Notes: generated by a model from the sequence alone, not told the origin. 64,000 nt of DNA from Alphaproteobacteria bacterium (GCA_965228895.1 OZ245842.1:4320001-4384000), one strand, 5' to 3'. Positions 34,267 through 44,728 are shown, numbered from the stretch's first letter. Program-made: numbers and translations.

Positions 34267-35249
34267 ACGATCGGGAGGCGCTGATCACCGCCTTTCTGGA
34301 ACGGCACGGCTGGGCCGATGCCGAACGGCGCGTGCTCGCCGGCGACGCCTCGTTTCGCCGTTATGACCGGCTCAGCCGCCACGGTCAGACCGTGGTGCTG
34401 ATGGATGCGCCGCCGCCGCACGAAGACGTGCGGCCGTTCGACCAGATCGCCCGGCACCTGCGCCATCTGGGGCTGGGCGCGCCCGACATCATTGCGGCCG
34501 ATCCTGAGACAGGCCTGCTGCTGATCGAGGACTTGGGCGACGACCTTTTCAGCCGTGTGCTGCGCGACGGCGGTGCCGACGAGACGGTGCTTTACGAAGC
34601 CGCCATCGATGTCCTGGTCGCGCTGCACCGGGCCGGCGCGAAAGCCGCTCTGCCGGCCTACGACAATGCGGTCATGCTGGACCGTGCCCTGTTGCTGGTC
34701 GACTGGTTCATGCCGCTGGCCGGCCTGGAGGTGACCGACGCGGCACGCGCCGATTATGTCGAGGCTTGGCGGTCCGTCCTGCCGCTTGCCCATGACGGAC
34801 CCGATACCGTCATCTTGCGCGACTTTCACGCCGACAACCTGATCTGGCTGCCGCGGCGCGACGACATCGGCAAGGTCGGCCTGCTCGACTTCCAGGACGC
34901 CATGATCGGCCCAGCCGCCTACGACATCGTTTCGCTGCTGGAGGATGCCCGGCGCGACGTCGCGCAACAGACCATCGAGGCCGCCAAAGCACGTTACCTC
35001 GCCGCCTTTCCCAAGCTCTCGCCGGCGACGTTCGACACGACCTATGCGGTGTGCGGTGCCCAACGCAACTGCCGCATTATCGGTGTCTTCTGCCGCCTGC
35101 TGACGCGCGACGGCAAGCCCGGATACCAGAATCTGATGGACCGGGTCTGGGGCCACCTGACGCACGATCTGGCCCACCCGGCCAACGCGCCGCTCGCGGC
35201 ATGGTTCGACCGCTGGGTGCCGCCGGATAAACGGACGCGGGCCGCATGA
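34263..35249 (+). CDS. amgK: Anomeric MurNAc/GlcNAc kinase (APH-like phosphotransferase)
   Basis: LAGDASFRRYDRL, LMDAPP, LRDFHADNL, LLDFQDA, AYDIVSLLEDAR; tsaE-amgK-murU synteny. Confidence 0.85.
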   Translation: MNDREALITAFLERHGWADAERRVLAGDASFRRYDRLSRHGQTVVLMDAPPPHEDVRPFDQIARHLRHLGLGAPDIIAADPETGLLLIEDLGDDLFSRVLRDGGADETVLYEAAIDVLVALHRAGAKAALPAYDNAVMLDRALLLVDWFMPLAGLEVTDAARADYVEAWRSVLPLAHDGPDTVILRDFHADNLIWLPRRDDIGKVGLLDFQDAMIGPAAYDIVSLLEDARRDVAQQTIEAAKARYLAAFPKLSPATFDTTYAVCGAQRNCRIIGVFCRLLTRDGKPGYQNLMDRVWGHLTHDLAHPANAPLAAWFDRWVPPDKRTRAA

Positions 35250-35959
35250 CACAGGTGACGCGCGCCATGGTCCTGGCGGCAGGGCGCGGTGTGCGCCTGA
35301 AACCGCTGACCGAAACGACACCCAAACCGCTGGTCGCGGTCGCCGGACGCACGCTGCTCGACCGCGCGCTCGACCGTTTCGCCGCCATGGAGCTGGTCGT
35401 CGTCAACGCCCATCATCTGGCTGACCAGGTGGCGGATCACCTTCACGGCCGTACGCAACCACCGACGATGTTGTCCCGCGAAACCGACCTCCTGGACACC
35501 GGCCTGGGCGTCAAGAACGCGCTGGGCGATCTCGGGGCATCGCCATTCTTCATTTCGAGTGCGGACATCCTGATAACGACGGGCGCTGCGGGCGACCCGC
35601 TCGATCGACTGGCTGCGGCCTGGGATGACGGCGCCATGGACGCGCTGTTGCTGTTGCAGCCGCGTGACGAGGCGGGCGGTTTCAGGGCGGCCGGCGACTT
35701 CGACCTGGATCGCCATGGCCGGCCGACACGCCGCGGCGACGCACCGGCCGCCGACTACGTCTACGCCAGCACGCAATTGGTTCACCCGCGTCTGTTTGCC
35801 GGCAGCCCCGACGAACCGTTCTCGTTCAATCTCTTGTGGGACAAGGCGATCTCGGCAGGCCGGCTCTTCGCCGTCGTTCATGACGGCGGCTGGTTTACCG
35901 TCGATACGCCGGAGAACCTGGCCGCCGCGCCGGGCTGGCTCGCCATCCATGGCGGCTAA
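35246..35959 (+). CDS. murU: MurNAc-1-phosphate uridylyltransferase-like nucleotidyltransferase
   Basis: AMVLAAGRGVRLKPLTETTPKPL, VVNAHHLA; follows amgK. Confidence 0.8.
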   Translation: MTQVTRAMVLAAGRGVRLKPLTETTPKPLVAVAGRTLLDRALDRFAAMELVVVNAHHLADQVADHLHGRTQPPTMLSRETDLLDTGLGVKNALGDLGASPFFISSADILITTGAAGDPLDRLAAAWDDGAMDALLLLQPRDEAGGFRAAGDFDLDRHGRPTRRGDAPAADYVYASTQLVHPRLFAGSPDEPFSFNLLWDKAISAGRLFAVVHDGGWFTVDTPENLAAAPGWLAIHGG

Positions 35960-38900
35960 GCTTTTTACCATTGCGCCCGGCACGTCCTTTGTCGACGCGC
36001 TCGCCGCCGGTCTTCTTGAACGCCACCGCGATGCGCCGGAGCGCCTCGGCGAGACACTTATATTGGTGCCGACACGGCGCGCCACCCGCGCCCTGCAGGA
36101 AGCTTTCGTGCGCCAAAGTGACGGCGCCGCACTCATCCTGCCCAGCATGCAGCCGCTCGGCGATGTCGATGAAGACGACCTCATCGCCGATCTCCTGGAG
36201 ATGGGTGACGACGCCATCGACCTGCCGCCGGCGATCCCGGTCCTGCAGCGCCAACTGCTCCTGACATCCTTGGTTCGTCGGGCCGGCGCACAGGTCGGCG
36301 CCGGCAATGACGAACAAGCCGCGCGGCTTGCCCGCGACCTCGCCCACCTGCTCGATGAAGTCGAAACGGCGGAGCTCGATTTCGACGCGCTCGAAGGGCT
36401 GGTCGAGGGTGATCTCGCCCGCCATTGGCAGACCACGCTTGCCTTTCTGCGCATCATCACCGAGCAGTGGCCACAGATCCTGAACGAGCGCGGCCTTGTC
36501 GACCCGGCGCAACGCCGCAGCGCCTTGATCGATGCGTTAGCCAAGCGCTGGTCCCAGAACCCGCCGACAACGCCGGTGATCGCGGCGGGCTCGACCGGCA
36601 CGATACCGGCGACGGCGCGCCTGATGGCAACGATCCTCAGTCTGCCCGAAGGCGCCGTGGTCGTTCCCGGCCTTGACCGGCATCTCTCGGCGGAAGCTTG
36701 GGCAGCCGTCGACGACACCCATCCGCAGGCTGCGATTAAGACGCTGCTTGATCACTTCGACAAGGCGCCGGCGGACGTCGCCGATTGGCCGTACCCTGAA
36801 ACGGCCCAAGTACCGCGCGGCGATGCGGGACGGGCGGCGTTGCTGTCCGATGCCATGCAGCCAGCAACGGCGACGACGGCGTGGCAACGCCTTGACCCCG
36901 CCGCGGACAACGTCTTTGACGGCCTGAGCCTGATCGTCTGCGCCCATCAGCGCGAGGAGGCCCAAATCGCCGCGCTCACCATGCGCCACGTCCTGCTGAC
37001 GCCTGGCAAGACCGCCGCTCTGGTCACGCGCGATCGCGATTTGGCGCGGCGCACCGCCGCCGAACTCAAGCGCTGGGGTATCGAGGTCGACGATTCCGCC
37101 GGTACGCCGCTCGCCGAGAGTGTGCCCGGCACCTTTCTGCGGCTGATCGCCGAGGTCGCTGTCGAGCGCGCGGCGCCGATCCCGCTCTTGGCGTTGCTTA
37201 AGCATCCCCTCGCCGCGCTCGGACGCGAGCCCGCGCAACTGCGCGCGCAGACCCGCCACATCGAACGGCTGGCGCTACGCGGTCCACGGCCCGGTTCGGG
37301 TCTGTCCGGCCTGCGCGCCGCGCTGACCCGGCAACCGGTTGACGCCGAACTCGTCGCCCTGGTCGACGACCTGGCAGAGGCTTTCGCGCCGCTTGAAGCG
37401 GCGCTCGCCAACCGCAGGGGTTCGCTCGCCGCCATGGTCGAAGCCCACATCGCCTGTGCCGAGCGCCTGGCGGCACGCGACAACGCGGCGGGCGCCGATG
37501 TGCTGTGGGCGGGCGATGCCGGCGAGGCAGCCCACCGGTTCGTTCAGGAATTGCTGGACCAGGCCGGCATCCTGGCCGGCGCCGAGGGCAACACCTATGC
37601 CGGTCTCTTCACCACGTTGATGCAGGGCCATGTGGTCAGGCCGCGTTTCGGGCGTCATCCCCGGCTCTTCATCTGGGGGCCGCTTGAAGCGCGCATGCAG
37701 CACGCCGACCTCGTCTTGATCGGCGGATTGAGCGAGGGCAGCTGGCCGCCCGAGATCCCGGCCGATCCCTGGATGAGCCGTCCGATGCGCACGGCCTTCG
37801 GTCTGCCGCCCCAGGAACGGCGGATTGGCCAGGCGGCCCACGACTTTGCCCAGGCCGCCGCTGGCGGCGAGGTCGTCATGCTGCGATCCGACAAGATTGC
37901 CGGCTCGCCCGCGGTTCCCGCGCGCTGGCTGATGCGCCTGGAAACCCTGTTGGACGCCTGGGGCAAGCGGCACCTGCTGGATCAAAACGCCGGCCTGTGG
38001 CGCGCCCGCGCCGCGCTGATCGACCGCCCGGCGCTGATCGAGCCCGCAAGACCGCCGGAACCAGCACCGCCGGTCGCCGACCGGCCGCGCCGCCTGTCGG
38101 TCACCCAGGTCGATACCTGGCTGCGCGACCCCTATGCCATCTACGCCCGTTTCGTGCTGGGGCTGAAGGCGCTCGATGCGCTGGACGAGGACCCGGCCGC
38201 CGCCGAGCGCGGCACGTTCGTTCACGAAGCCCTCGATCGCTTTGTCAAAGCTTGGCCGGATGCCCTGCCCGACGACGCCCTGGATCAGCTTCTGGCGATC
38301 GGGCGCGACGTGCTTGGCCCGACGCTCAGCCAGCCGGCGGTCGCCGGGTTCTGGTGGCCGCGCTTCGAGCGGGCGGCCGCCTGGTTTATCGAACAGGAAA
38401 AGGCGCGGCGGCACGAACTCACCGCCATCGTGACGGAGTCAAAGGCGGAACTGAGCCTGGCCGCGCCGGCCGGCCCGTTCACGCTCTCCGCCAAGGCCGA
38501 CCGCCTGGAGCGGCGCGCCGACGGCACGGTCGGCGTCATCGATTACAAGACCGGTACCGCGCCCAGCACCAAGGTCCTGAAGGCCGGCGGCGCACCCCAG
38601 TTGCCTCTCGAGGCGGCGATGATTCGCGAAGGCGCTTTCGTCGACCTACCGGAACGCACAATCGCCGCGCTCGAACACTGGCAACTGCAGGGCGGCGAAC
38701 CGCCGGGCCAGATCAAGCGGCTGGCCGGATCCGAGGCCGATGACCTGGCGGCAGAGTCGCTGGATAACCTTAGCGACCTCGTGGCGCGCTTCGATGAGGC
38801 CGAGACCGCCTATCTCGATCACCCCGACGGCGCCGACGCCAGAGCCTATGACGACTATCTGCTGGTCGCGCGAACCGACGAGCATCGGTTGGGCGCTGAA

Positions 38901-41900
38901 TCGGCCTTGCCCGACCTGAAAGTCGCGCCGCCGTCGCGTGAGACCGTCACGCTGATGCCGGCCGATAGCGTCCAGAGGCTGTTGTCGGATCCCGAGACAT
39001 CGGTCTGGGTCGCAGCGTCCGCGGGCACCGGCAAAACCAAGGTGCTGACCGACCGTGTGCTGCGCCTGCTGCTGAAGGGTGTCGCGGCCGACCGGATCCT
39101 CTGCCTGACCTTTACGCGCGCGGCGGCGGCGGAAATGGCGGTGCGCATACAGCGCTCCCTGGGTGCCTGGGCGACCCTCAACGAACCCGATCTTGCCACG
39201 GCGCTTGAAGGCCTGACCGGCCAGCCGCCGGACGAGGAAACCCTGATACGCGCACGGACGCTGTTTGCCGCGACGCTCGACACGCCGGGCGGCCTCCAGA
39301 TCGCCACCATCCATGCGTTCTGCCAGTCGCTGTTGGGCCGCTTTCCGCTCGAGGCCCGCGTCGCCCCCCATTTTGACCTGGCCGACGAGCGCACGGCGGC
39401 GGAACTGTTGCGCGACGCCCGCGACCGCGTCCTCTCGGCGATCGCGAGAGGCGGCGACGATGCCCTTTCACAAGCGCTTGCTGTCGTCGCGGCCAACGCT
39501 GCCGAGGGCACGTTCGATTCGATCATTCAGGAGATCTGCAGCGGCGCCGGGCGTTTCGATGCTTGCCTGGCGCGCCATGGCGGTCTTGACGGTACGCTCA
39601 ACGCCGTCGCCGATGCTCTTGGTGTCGCACGCGACACCGATGCCGAACAGGTTCTGCGGCAGGCTGCGACGACTGGTGCCCTCGACGAACCCGGATTGCG
39701 CCAGGCGGTCACGGCGATGGAAGCCGGCAAGACAACGGACAAGAAGGCGGCGTCACTGATCGGAGAATGGCTGACAGGTGACGACGACGCGCGCGTTGCC
39801 GGTTTCGCCGATTACTGTCTTGCCTTCCTGACAAAGGAAGGCACACCCCGCGCCAACCTGCCGACCAAGGACGTCGCCGCCGCGTCGCCGGCGGCCGCCA
39901 AAGCATTCGCGACCGAGCAGGCGCGGTTGATCGGCATTGCTGATACGCTCAAGGCCGTTCATGTTTTGCAGCGCACCGCAGCGGTTTTGCGGCTGGGTCA
40001 CGCCGTGCTCGAACGTTTCCGCGACAACAAGACACGACGCGCGCTGCTCGACTACGACGACCTGATCAACCAGACCAACGCGCTCTTGGGCCAGCCGGAC
40101 ATCACGCCTTGGGTGCTCTACAAGCTGGACGGCGGTATCGATCACGTGATGGTCGACGAGGCGCAGGACACCAGTCCCGCACAGTGGCAGATCGTCATTG
40201 AACTGGTGCGTGAGTTCTTCGAAGGCGAAACCTGGGACGACGATGTCCGCACCCTGTTTGTCGTCGGTGACGAGAAACAATCGATTTTCAGTTTCCAGGG
40301 CGCTGATCTCGACGCCTTGCGCAGTGTCCACGATCGTTTGGAGGCATTGGCCCGAGGCGAACAAGGCCGCTGGCGCGAAGACGATCTGAACCGCTCCTTC
40401 CGTTCGGTGTCTGCCGTTTTGACGGTCGTCGACAAGGTCTTCGAAAACGCTGGTGCCCGCGCCGGCGTCGTCGATGACGGCGCGATGCTGGAGCATCTGG
40501 TGCAACGCGCAGGCCAGGGCGGCCTGGTCGAGCTGTGGCCGGTGGTCGGCGACCTCGACGATGATGTGCCCGATCCCTGGCAGGCACCGCTTGGCTATCA
40601 TGAACCGGAAGATCGCAGCACGCGGCTCGCGCGCGAAATTGCCGCGACGATCTATAGCTGGATCGAACGCGACGAGATGCTGGCCTCCAAAGGCAGGCCG
40701 ATTACCGCCGGCGACATCATGGTCCTGGTGCCCCGCCGCACCCGCTTCGTCCACGCCCTCGTGCGTGAACTCAAACACAAGAACGTCGCCGTCGCCGGTG
40801 TCGACCGTATGGACCTTACCGGGCAGATCGCCGTGCGCGATCTGATGATGCTGGGCTACGCCTGCCTGATGCCTGAGGACGACCTGGCCCTGGCCGCCGT
40901 ACTGAAGGGACCGTTGGCGGACTTCGACGACGACCTCCTCTATGTCCTCGCCCGCAACCGTCAGGGCTGGACGCGCGACGGGCGCGGTGACGAACCGCTC
41001 GAGAGCCTGTGGGCGGCCTTGCGTCGGCGCGCCAACGATGACGCCGTCTTTCGGACTGCCCATGACTGGTTCGCCAATCAATTGGCTCATGCGGATTTCG
41101 AGCGGCCGTTCGAGTTCTATAGCCGCATTCTCTCGCAGAGCTGCCCGGCGCCGCGCGGCGACATGGTCGGCCGGCGGTTGAGCGGGCGCGAGGCCATGCT
41201 GCGCCGCCTCGGCATCGAAGCGGAAGACCCGCTCGATGAGTTTCTTGCCGCCAGCCTGGAATATGAACGCGAACACACAGCATCGTTGCAAGGTTTCCTC
41301 GCCTGGCTCGAGGCCGGCAGCGCCGAGATCAAGCGCGAGATGGAAGCCCGCCACGACATGGTGCGCATCATGACCGTGCATGGCGCCAAGGGTCTGCAGG
41401 CGCCGATCGTCTTTCTGGTAGACGACATGGCGACCCGCCCGCCGCGAACCGACAATCTCGTCTGGCTCGACGGCGGCAGCCTGCCGCTCTGGCCCGGCAG
41501 CGCCGGCAAGCGGGACCGCGTATCCGATGACGCCATCGACGAACGCAACGCACGCCAGGATGAGGAGCGCCGCCGGCTGTTGTATGTCGCCCTGACCCGC
41601 GCCGAAGACCGGCTCTATGTCACCGCCGCCTCCAGCACAGGCGAAAGCAAGGCCGACAGTTGGCATGGCATGGTCGCGGCGGGCATGGCCGAGATCGCCG
41701 AACCCTTCGACTTTGAAGCCTCCGGCGATCCCGCCTGGACCGGTCAGGCATGGCGGTATCAGACCTCGCAAGCCGCACCGACTGCAGCGCGACCCGGCAG
41801 ACCGGATGACGGTGACATTGCGGCCAACCTGGAAGCGGAGCTTCTCGCCGCGCCGACCGTCGAACGCGATACGGAACGACCGATCAATCCATCGCGCCTG

Positions 41901-42443
41901 GGCGGTGCGGAACGTGCGCCGGATTCGCCCCTTGGCCCGTCCGGCGGCAAAGCCGCGGCGCGTGGCCGAATCATTCACCGACTCTTGGAACGCCTGCCCG
42001 ATATCCCGCCGGACCGGCGCGCGGATGCCGGCAAGCGCCTGCTGGATTATCTCGCGCGTGACTGGCCAACGGCAGACAAAGCAGACGCGCTTGCCTCGGT
42101 CATCGAGATCCTGGACGATCCGGCCTTCGGCGCCCTGTTTGGCCCCGGAAGTCGGGCCGAGGTCCCGATCATCGGACGGGTTGGCGATCTGGTGATCGCG
42201 GGCCAGGTGGACCGCCTGATCGTTGGTGACGGCATGGTTGATATTGTCGACTACAAAACCAACCGGAAGCCGCCCAAGAATGTACAGACGGTGCCGGAAG
42301 CCTATTTGCGACAAATGGCCGCTTATCGGGCTGTTTTGCACCGAATTTACCCGGGTTTTGTGGTGAATTGCCTGCTTTTGTGGACTGCCGAACCGGTTAT
42401 GCAGGTGCTTCCACAAGACCTTCTGGATGCATACGCGCCATGA
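35949..42443 (+). CDS. addB-addA: Fused AddB-AddA double-strand-break repair helicase/nuclease (2164 aa)
   Basis: N-half is AddB (VPTRRA, IAAGSTG, RWGIEVDDSAG, DPWMSRPMR, KADRLE..IDYKTG). C-half is AddA (AASAGTGKT, LTFTRAAAAEM, VDEAQD, VGDEKQSIFSFQGA, MTVHGAKGLQ, LLYVALTRAEDRL, GQVDRL..VDYKTN). No in-frame stop between them. Confidence 0.92.
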   Translation: MAAKLFTIAPGTSFVDALAAGLLERHRDAPERLGETLILVPTRRATRALQEAFVRQSDGAALILPSMQPLGDVDEDDLIADLLEMGDDAIDLPPAIPVLQRQLLLTSLVRRAGAQVGAGNDEQAARLARDLAHLLDEVETAELDFDALEGLVEGDLARHWQTTLAFLRIITEQWPQILNERGLVDPAQRRSALIDALAKRWSQNPPTTPVIAAGSTGTIPATARLMATILSLPEGAVVVPGLDRHLSAEAWAAVDDTHPQAAIKTLLDHFDKAPADVADWPYPETAQVPRGDAGRAALLSDAMQPATATTAWQRLDPAADNVFDGLSLIVCAHQREEAQIAALTMRHVLLTPGKTAALVTRDRDLARRTAAELKRWGIEVDDSAGTPLAESVPGTFLRLIAEVAVERAAPIPLLALLKHPLAALGREPAQLRAQTRHIERLALRGPRPGSGLSGLRAALTRQPVDAELVALVDDLAEAFAPLEAALANRRGSLAAMVEAHIACAERLAARDNAAGADVLWAGDAGEAAHRFVQELLDQAGILAGAEGNTYAGLFTTLMQGHVVRPRFGRHPRLFIWGPLEARMQHADLVLIGGLSEGSWPPEIPADPWMSRPMRTAFGLPPQERRIGQAAHDFAQAAAGGEVVMLRSDKIAGSPAVPARWLMRLETLLDAWGKRHLLDQNAGLWRARAALIDRPALIEPARPPEPAPPVADRPRRLSVTQVDTWLRDPYAIYARFVLGLKALDALDEDPAAAERGTFVHEALDRFVKAWPDALPDDALDQLLAIGRDVLGPTLSQPAVAGFWWPRFERAAAWFIEQEKARRHELTAIVTESKAELSLAAPAGPFTLSAKADRLERRADGTVGVIDYKTGTAPSTKVLKAGGAPQLPLEAAMIREGAFVDLPERTIAALEHWQLQGGEPPGQIKRLAGSEADDLAAESLDNLSDLVARFDEAETAYLDHPDGADARAYDDYLLVARTDEHRLGAESALPDLKVAPPSRETVTLMPADSVQRLLSDPETSVWVAASAGTGKTKVLTDRVLRLLLKGVAADRILCLTFTRAAAAEMAVRIQRSLGAWATLNEPDLATALEGLTGQPPDEETLIRARTLFAATLDTPGGLQIATIHAFCQSLLGRFPLEARVAPHFDLADERTAAELLRDARDRVLSAIARGGDDALSQALAVVAANAAEGTFDSIIQEICSGAGRFDACLARHGGLDGTLNAVADALGVARDTDAEQVLRQAATTGALDEPGLRQAVTAMEAGKTTDKKAASLIGEWLTGDDDARVAGFADYCLAFLTKEGTPRANLPTKDVAAASPAAAKAFATEQARLIGIADTLKAVHVLQRTAAVLRLGHAVLERFRDNKTRRALLDYDDLINQTNALLGQPDITPWVLYKLDGGIDHVMVDEAQDTSPAQWQIVIELVREFFEGETWDDDVRTLFVVGDEKQSIFSFQGADLDALRSVHDRLEALARGEQGRWREDDLNRSFRSVSAVLTVVDKVFENAGARAGVVDDGAMLEHLVQRAGQGGLVELWPVVGDLDDDVPDPWQAPLGYHEPEDRSTRLAREIAATIYSWIERDEMLASKGRPITAGDIMVLVPRRTRFVHALVRELKHKNVAVAGVDRMDLTGQIAVRDLMMLGYACLMPEDDLALAAVLKGPLADFDDDLLYVLARNRQGWTRDGRGDEPLESLWAALRRRANDDAVFRTAHDWFANQLAHADFERPFEFYSRILSQSCPAPRGDMVGRRLSGREAMLRRLGIEAEDPLDEFLAASLEYEREHTASLQGFLAWLEAGSAEIKREMEARHDMVRIMTVHGAKGLQAPIVFLVDDMATRPPRTDNLVWLDGGSLPLWPGSAGKRDRVSDDAIDERNARQDEERRRLLYVALTRAEDRLYVTAASSTGESKADSWHGMVAAGMAEIAEPFDFEASGDPAWTGQAWRYQTSQAAPTAARPGRPDDGDIAANLEAELLAAPTVERDTERPINPSRLGGAERAPDSPLGPSGGKAAARGRIIHRLLERLPDIPPDRRADAGKRLLDYLARDWPTADKADALASVIEILDDPAFGALFGPGSRAEVPIIGRVGDLVIAGQVDRLIVGDGMVDIVDYKTNRKPPKNVQTVPEAYLRQMAAYRAVLHRIYPGFVVNCLLLWTAEPVMQVLPQDLLDAYAP

Positions 42444-42465
42444 CCGCGACGCGGGGACGTGCCGG

Positions 42466-42494
42466 TTGACGCACCCCCATCCGGTTCCTAGATT
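42466..42494 (+). promoter_or_regulatory. Putative sigma70 promoter of trxA
   Basis: TTGACG-N17-TAGATT. Confidence 0.65.
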
Positions 42495-42555
42495 CTGGGG
42501 TCAGCGAGCGCCCTCAGAAGGCGAACCGCCGCATTGAACAGGAGATTTGCCGAAT

Positions 42556-42873
42556 ATGACCCAACATGTCACCGACGACTCCTTCGAGACCGATGTCTTG
42601 AAGTCCGAAGGGCCGGTCTTGGTCGATTTCTGGGCCGAATGGTGTGGACCGTGCAAGCAGATCGCCCCGGCGTTGGAGGATCTCTCCAGCGAGATGGGCG
42701 ACCGCGTTCGCGTGGTCAAAGTGAACATTGACGAAAATCCGATGACCCCCTCGAAGTACGGCGTCCGCGGCATCCCGACGATGATGCTGTTCAAGGACGG
42801 CGAGGTCAGCGCCATGAAGGTCGGCGCCATGCCGAAGAGCAAGATCTTCGAATGGGTCGAACAATCGATCTAA
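42556..42873 (+). CDS. trxA: Thioredoxin
   Basis: VDFWAEWCGPCK, YGVRGIPT; SD AGGAGA. Confidence 0.97.
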   Translation: MTQHVTDDSFETDVLKSEGPVLVDFWAEWCGPCKQIAPALEDLSSEMGDRVRVVKVNIDENPMTPSKYGVRGIPTMMLFKDGEVSAMKVGAMPKSKIFEWVEQSI

Positions 42874-42967
42874 ACGATCTCGTAGAGATCGCGACAACCG
42901 CAACCAAGGACGGCCCCGTCATGACACACAATCGGCGGGGCTGTTTCGTTGTGCGTTTGGTGTCGAC

Positions 42968-44347
42968 ATGACAGGGCGCGTTCACACGGGCGGCGCCGAC
43001 GAGGTCGCGGCGTTTCTGGAGCGTTATCCGGAGACCCGCTGGGTCGATGCGATCATTCCCGACCTCTGCGCCATCCCGCGTGGCAAGCGGCTCGACGTTT
43101 CCGGTCTGACGAAGGTCTTTGAATCAGGCATGGGTCTGCCCGGTTCGACGTACGTCATGAACATTCTGGGCGAGAACGTCGACAGCACCGGGCTCGGACC
43201 ACCGGACGGCGATCCAGATTACCCGTGTTTCGGCGTGCCCGGCACGCTGGCACCGGTGCCGTGGGTCGGGCCGGAGCAGGCCCAGGTGCTGATGACCATG
43301 CACAATGACGCCGGTGAACCCTATTGGCTCGACCCGCGCGTCATCGCCGGGCGCATGGTCGATCAGGTTGCCGCGCTCGGCTACAACCCCGTCGTCGCGA
43401 TCGAATTGGAATTCTACCTGATCGACCCGGAGACCGACGAGCTCGGCCGTCCCAAGCTTGCCCGCTCGCCCTTGACCGGCAAGCGTCCGCGCGAAACCCA
43501 GGTCTATCTGATGGACGAGCTCGACGCCTACGCGCCGGTCTTGAACGACATCATCGATACCTGCCGCCAGCAGAACGTGCCGGCCGATGTCGCGACCATC
43601 GAATACGCGCCCGGCCAATTCGAGATCAACCTGAACCACGTCGCCGACCCGGTCGCCGCGTGCGACCACGCTTTCTTGATGAAACGCGCAGTCAAGGGCG
43701 TCGCCGCGCGCCATGGCCTGGTCGCGACCTTCATGGCGCGGCCGTTCCGCAAGACCTCGACCAGCGGCACGCACATTCATTTGAGCCTGTTGGACGACGA
43801 CGGCAAGAACGTGTTCGACGACGGTGGCAAGGATGGCACCGATCTGTTGCGCCACGCCATCGGCGGGCTGGCCGAAACCATGGCCGAAGCCATGCCGATC
43901 TGGGCGCCCAACGCCAACTCCTACCGGCGTATCAGCCCGGTCGGCTGGGTGCCGCTGGCGCCGACCTGGGGCTACAACAACCGTTCCGTGGCGATCCGCG
44001 TGCCCAGCGGCGAGCCGAAGTCACGCCGCCTGGAACACCGTCCCGCCGGTGCCGACGCCAATCCCTACCTCGTCATGGCGGCCACCCTCGCCGGTGTGCA
44101 CCACGGTCTGACCAACAAGGTCGATCCCGGCGAGGCGATCGTTGGCGACGCCGCCCAGCAGGTGCCGCCCAGCCTGCCCGCAATCTGGGTCGACGCGCTG
44201 CGCCGCTTCGACGAGGCCAAGATCCTGCCCGGCTACTTCGGCGCGGAGTACTGGGACATCTACAGCAAGATCCGTTGGTCGGAGTTCCACGAGTTCAACG
44301 ACCACATCTCCGCGCTCGAATACGACCGCTTCCTGCGTCTGGTTTGA
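42968..44347 (+). CDS. Glutamine synthetase-family protein (gamma-glutamylpolyamine synthetase, PuuA-like)
   Basis: PRGKRL, IELEFYL, EYAPGQFEINL, SGTHIHLSL, WGYNNRSVAIRVP, RLEHRPAGADANPYL. Confidence 0.88.
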   Translation: MTGRVHTGGADEVAAFLERYPETRWVDAIIPDLCAIPRGKRLDVSGLTKVFESGMGLPGSTYVMNILGENVDSTGLGPPDGDPDYPCFGVPGTLAPVPWVGPEQAQVLMTMHNDAGEPYWLDPRVIAGRMVDQVAALGYNPVVAIELEFYLIDPETDELGRPKLARSPLTGKRPRETQVYLMDELDAYAPVLNDIIDTCRQQNVPADVATIEYAPGQFEINLNHVADPVAACDHAFLMKRAVKGVAARHGLVATFMARPFRKTSTSGTHIHLSLLDDDGKNVFDDGGKDGTDLLRHAIGGLAETMAEAMPIWAPNANSYRRISPVGWVPLAPTWGYNNRSVAIRVPSGEPKSRRLEHRPAGADANPYLVMAATLAGVHHGLTNKVDPGEAIVGDAAQQVPPSLPAIWVDALRRFDEAKILPGYFGAEYWDIYSKIRWSEFHEFNDHISALEYDRFLRLV

Positions 44348-44401
44348 GGCGCTGCCCCGCTGTCAGATCGCACAAGCGATCCGACAGCCCCAATCAAGAC
44401 A

Positions 44402-44728
44402 TCAGCCTTTTTCGAGGTAGGGAATGGTACCCGCCACATCGGTATTGTCGATGATGCGGAAGCGGCTCTCCGTCCCCTCTTGCCGGGCTTTGGCGTAGGG
44501 CGCGTATTCGGGATCATTCACGAAAGCATCGGCCGCTTCGCGTGTCGGAAACTCAAGAATGGCGATCAGCGTAGTCTCAAGCGGCTCGCCTTCCACGGGC
44601 GTGATGTTGGCGCTTCGGGCCAGGTACTTGCCGCCATGTTTATGCACGATGTCATGCACGTTGGCTGCGTAGTCGGGAATCCAGGCATCGTCGGTTACCA
44701 GAACGTCGGCGATCAGATATGCGGTCAT
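44402..44728 (-). CDS. DUF1330-family protein
   Basis: MTAYLIADV, HKHGGKYLAR, ILEFPT, YAPYAKARQ; SD AGGGAG. Confidence 0.85.
   Translation of the reverse strand: MTAYLIADVLVTDDAWIPDYAANVHDIVHKHGGKYLARSANITPVEGEPLETTLIAILEFPTREAADAFVNDPEYAPYAKARQEGTESRFRIIDNTDVAGTIPYLEKG

Noticed and set aside
35625-35948. 108-aa N-terminal extension of the AddB-AddA ORF
   Set aside because: Overlaps murU in another frame and has no recognisable motif; AddB similarity starts at ATG 35949.
38500-38885. AddB nuclease domain lacks Fe-S cluster cysteines
   Set aside because: As I recall, normal for alphaproteobacterial AddB; not evidence of decay.
39753-42416. 887-aa minus-strand ORF and other long antisense ORFs (e.g. 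35042-36718, 50539-52059, 52779-54254, 54232-55686)
   Set aside because: Typical stop-poor antisense frames of GC-rich genes, lying opposite well-supported CDSs and lacking motifs.
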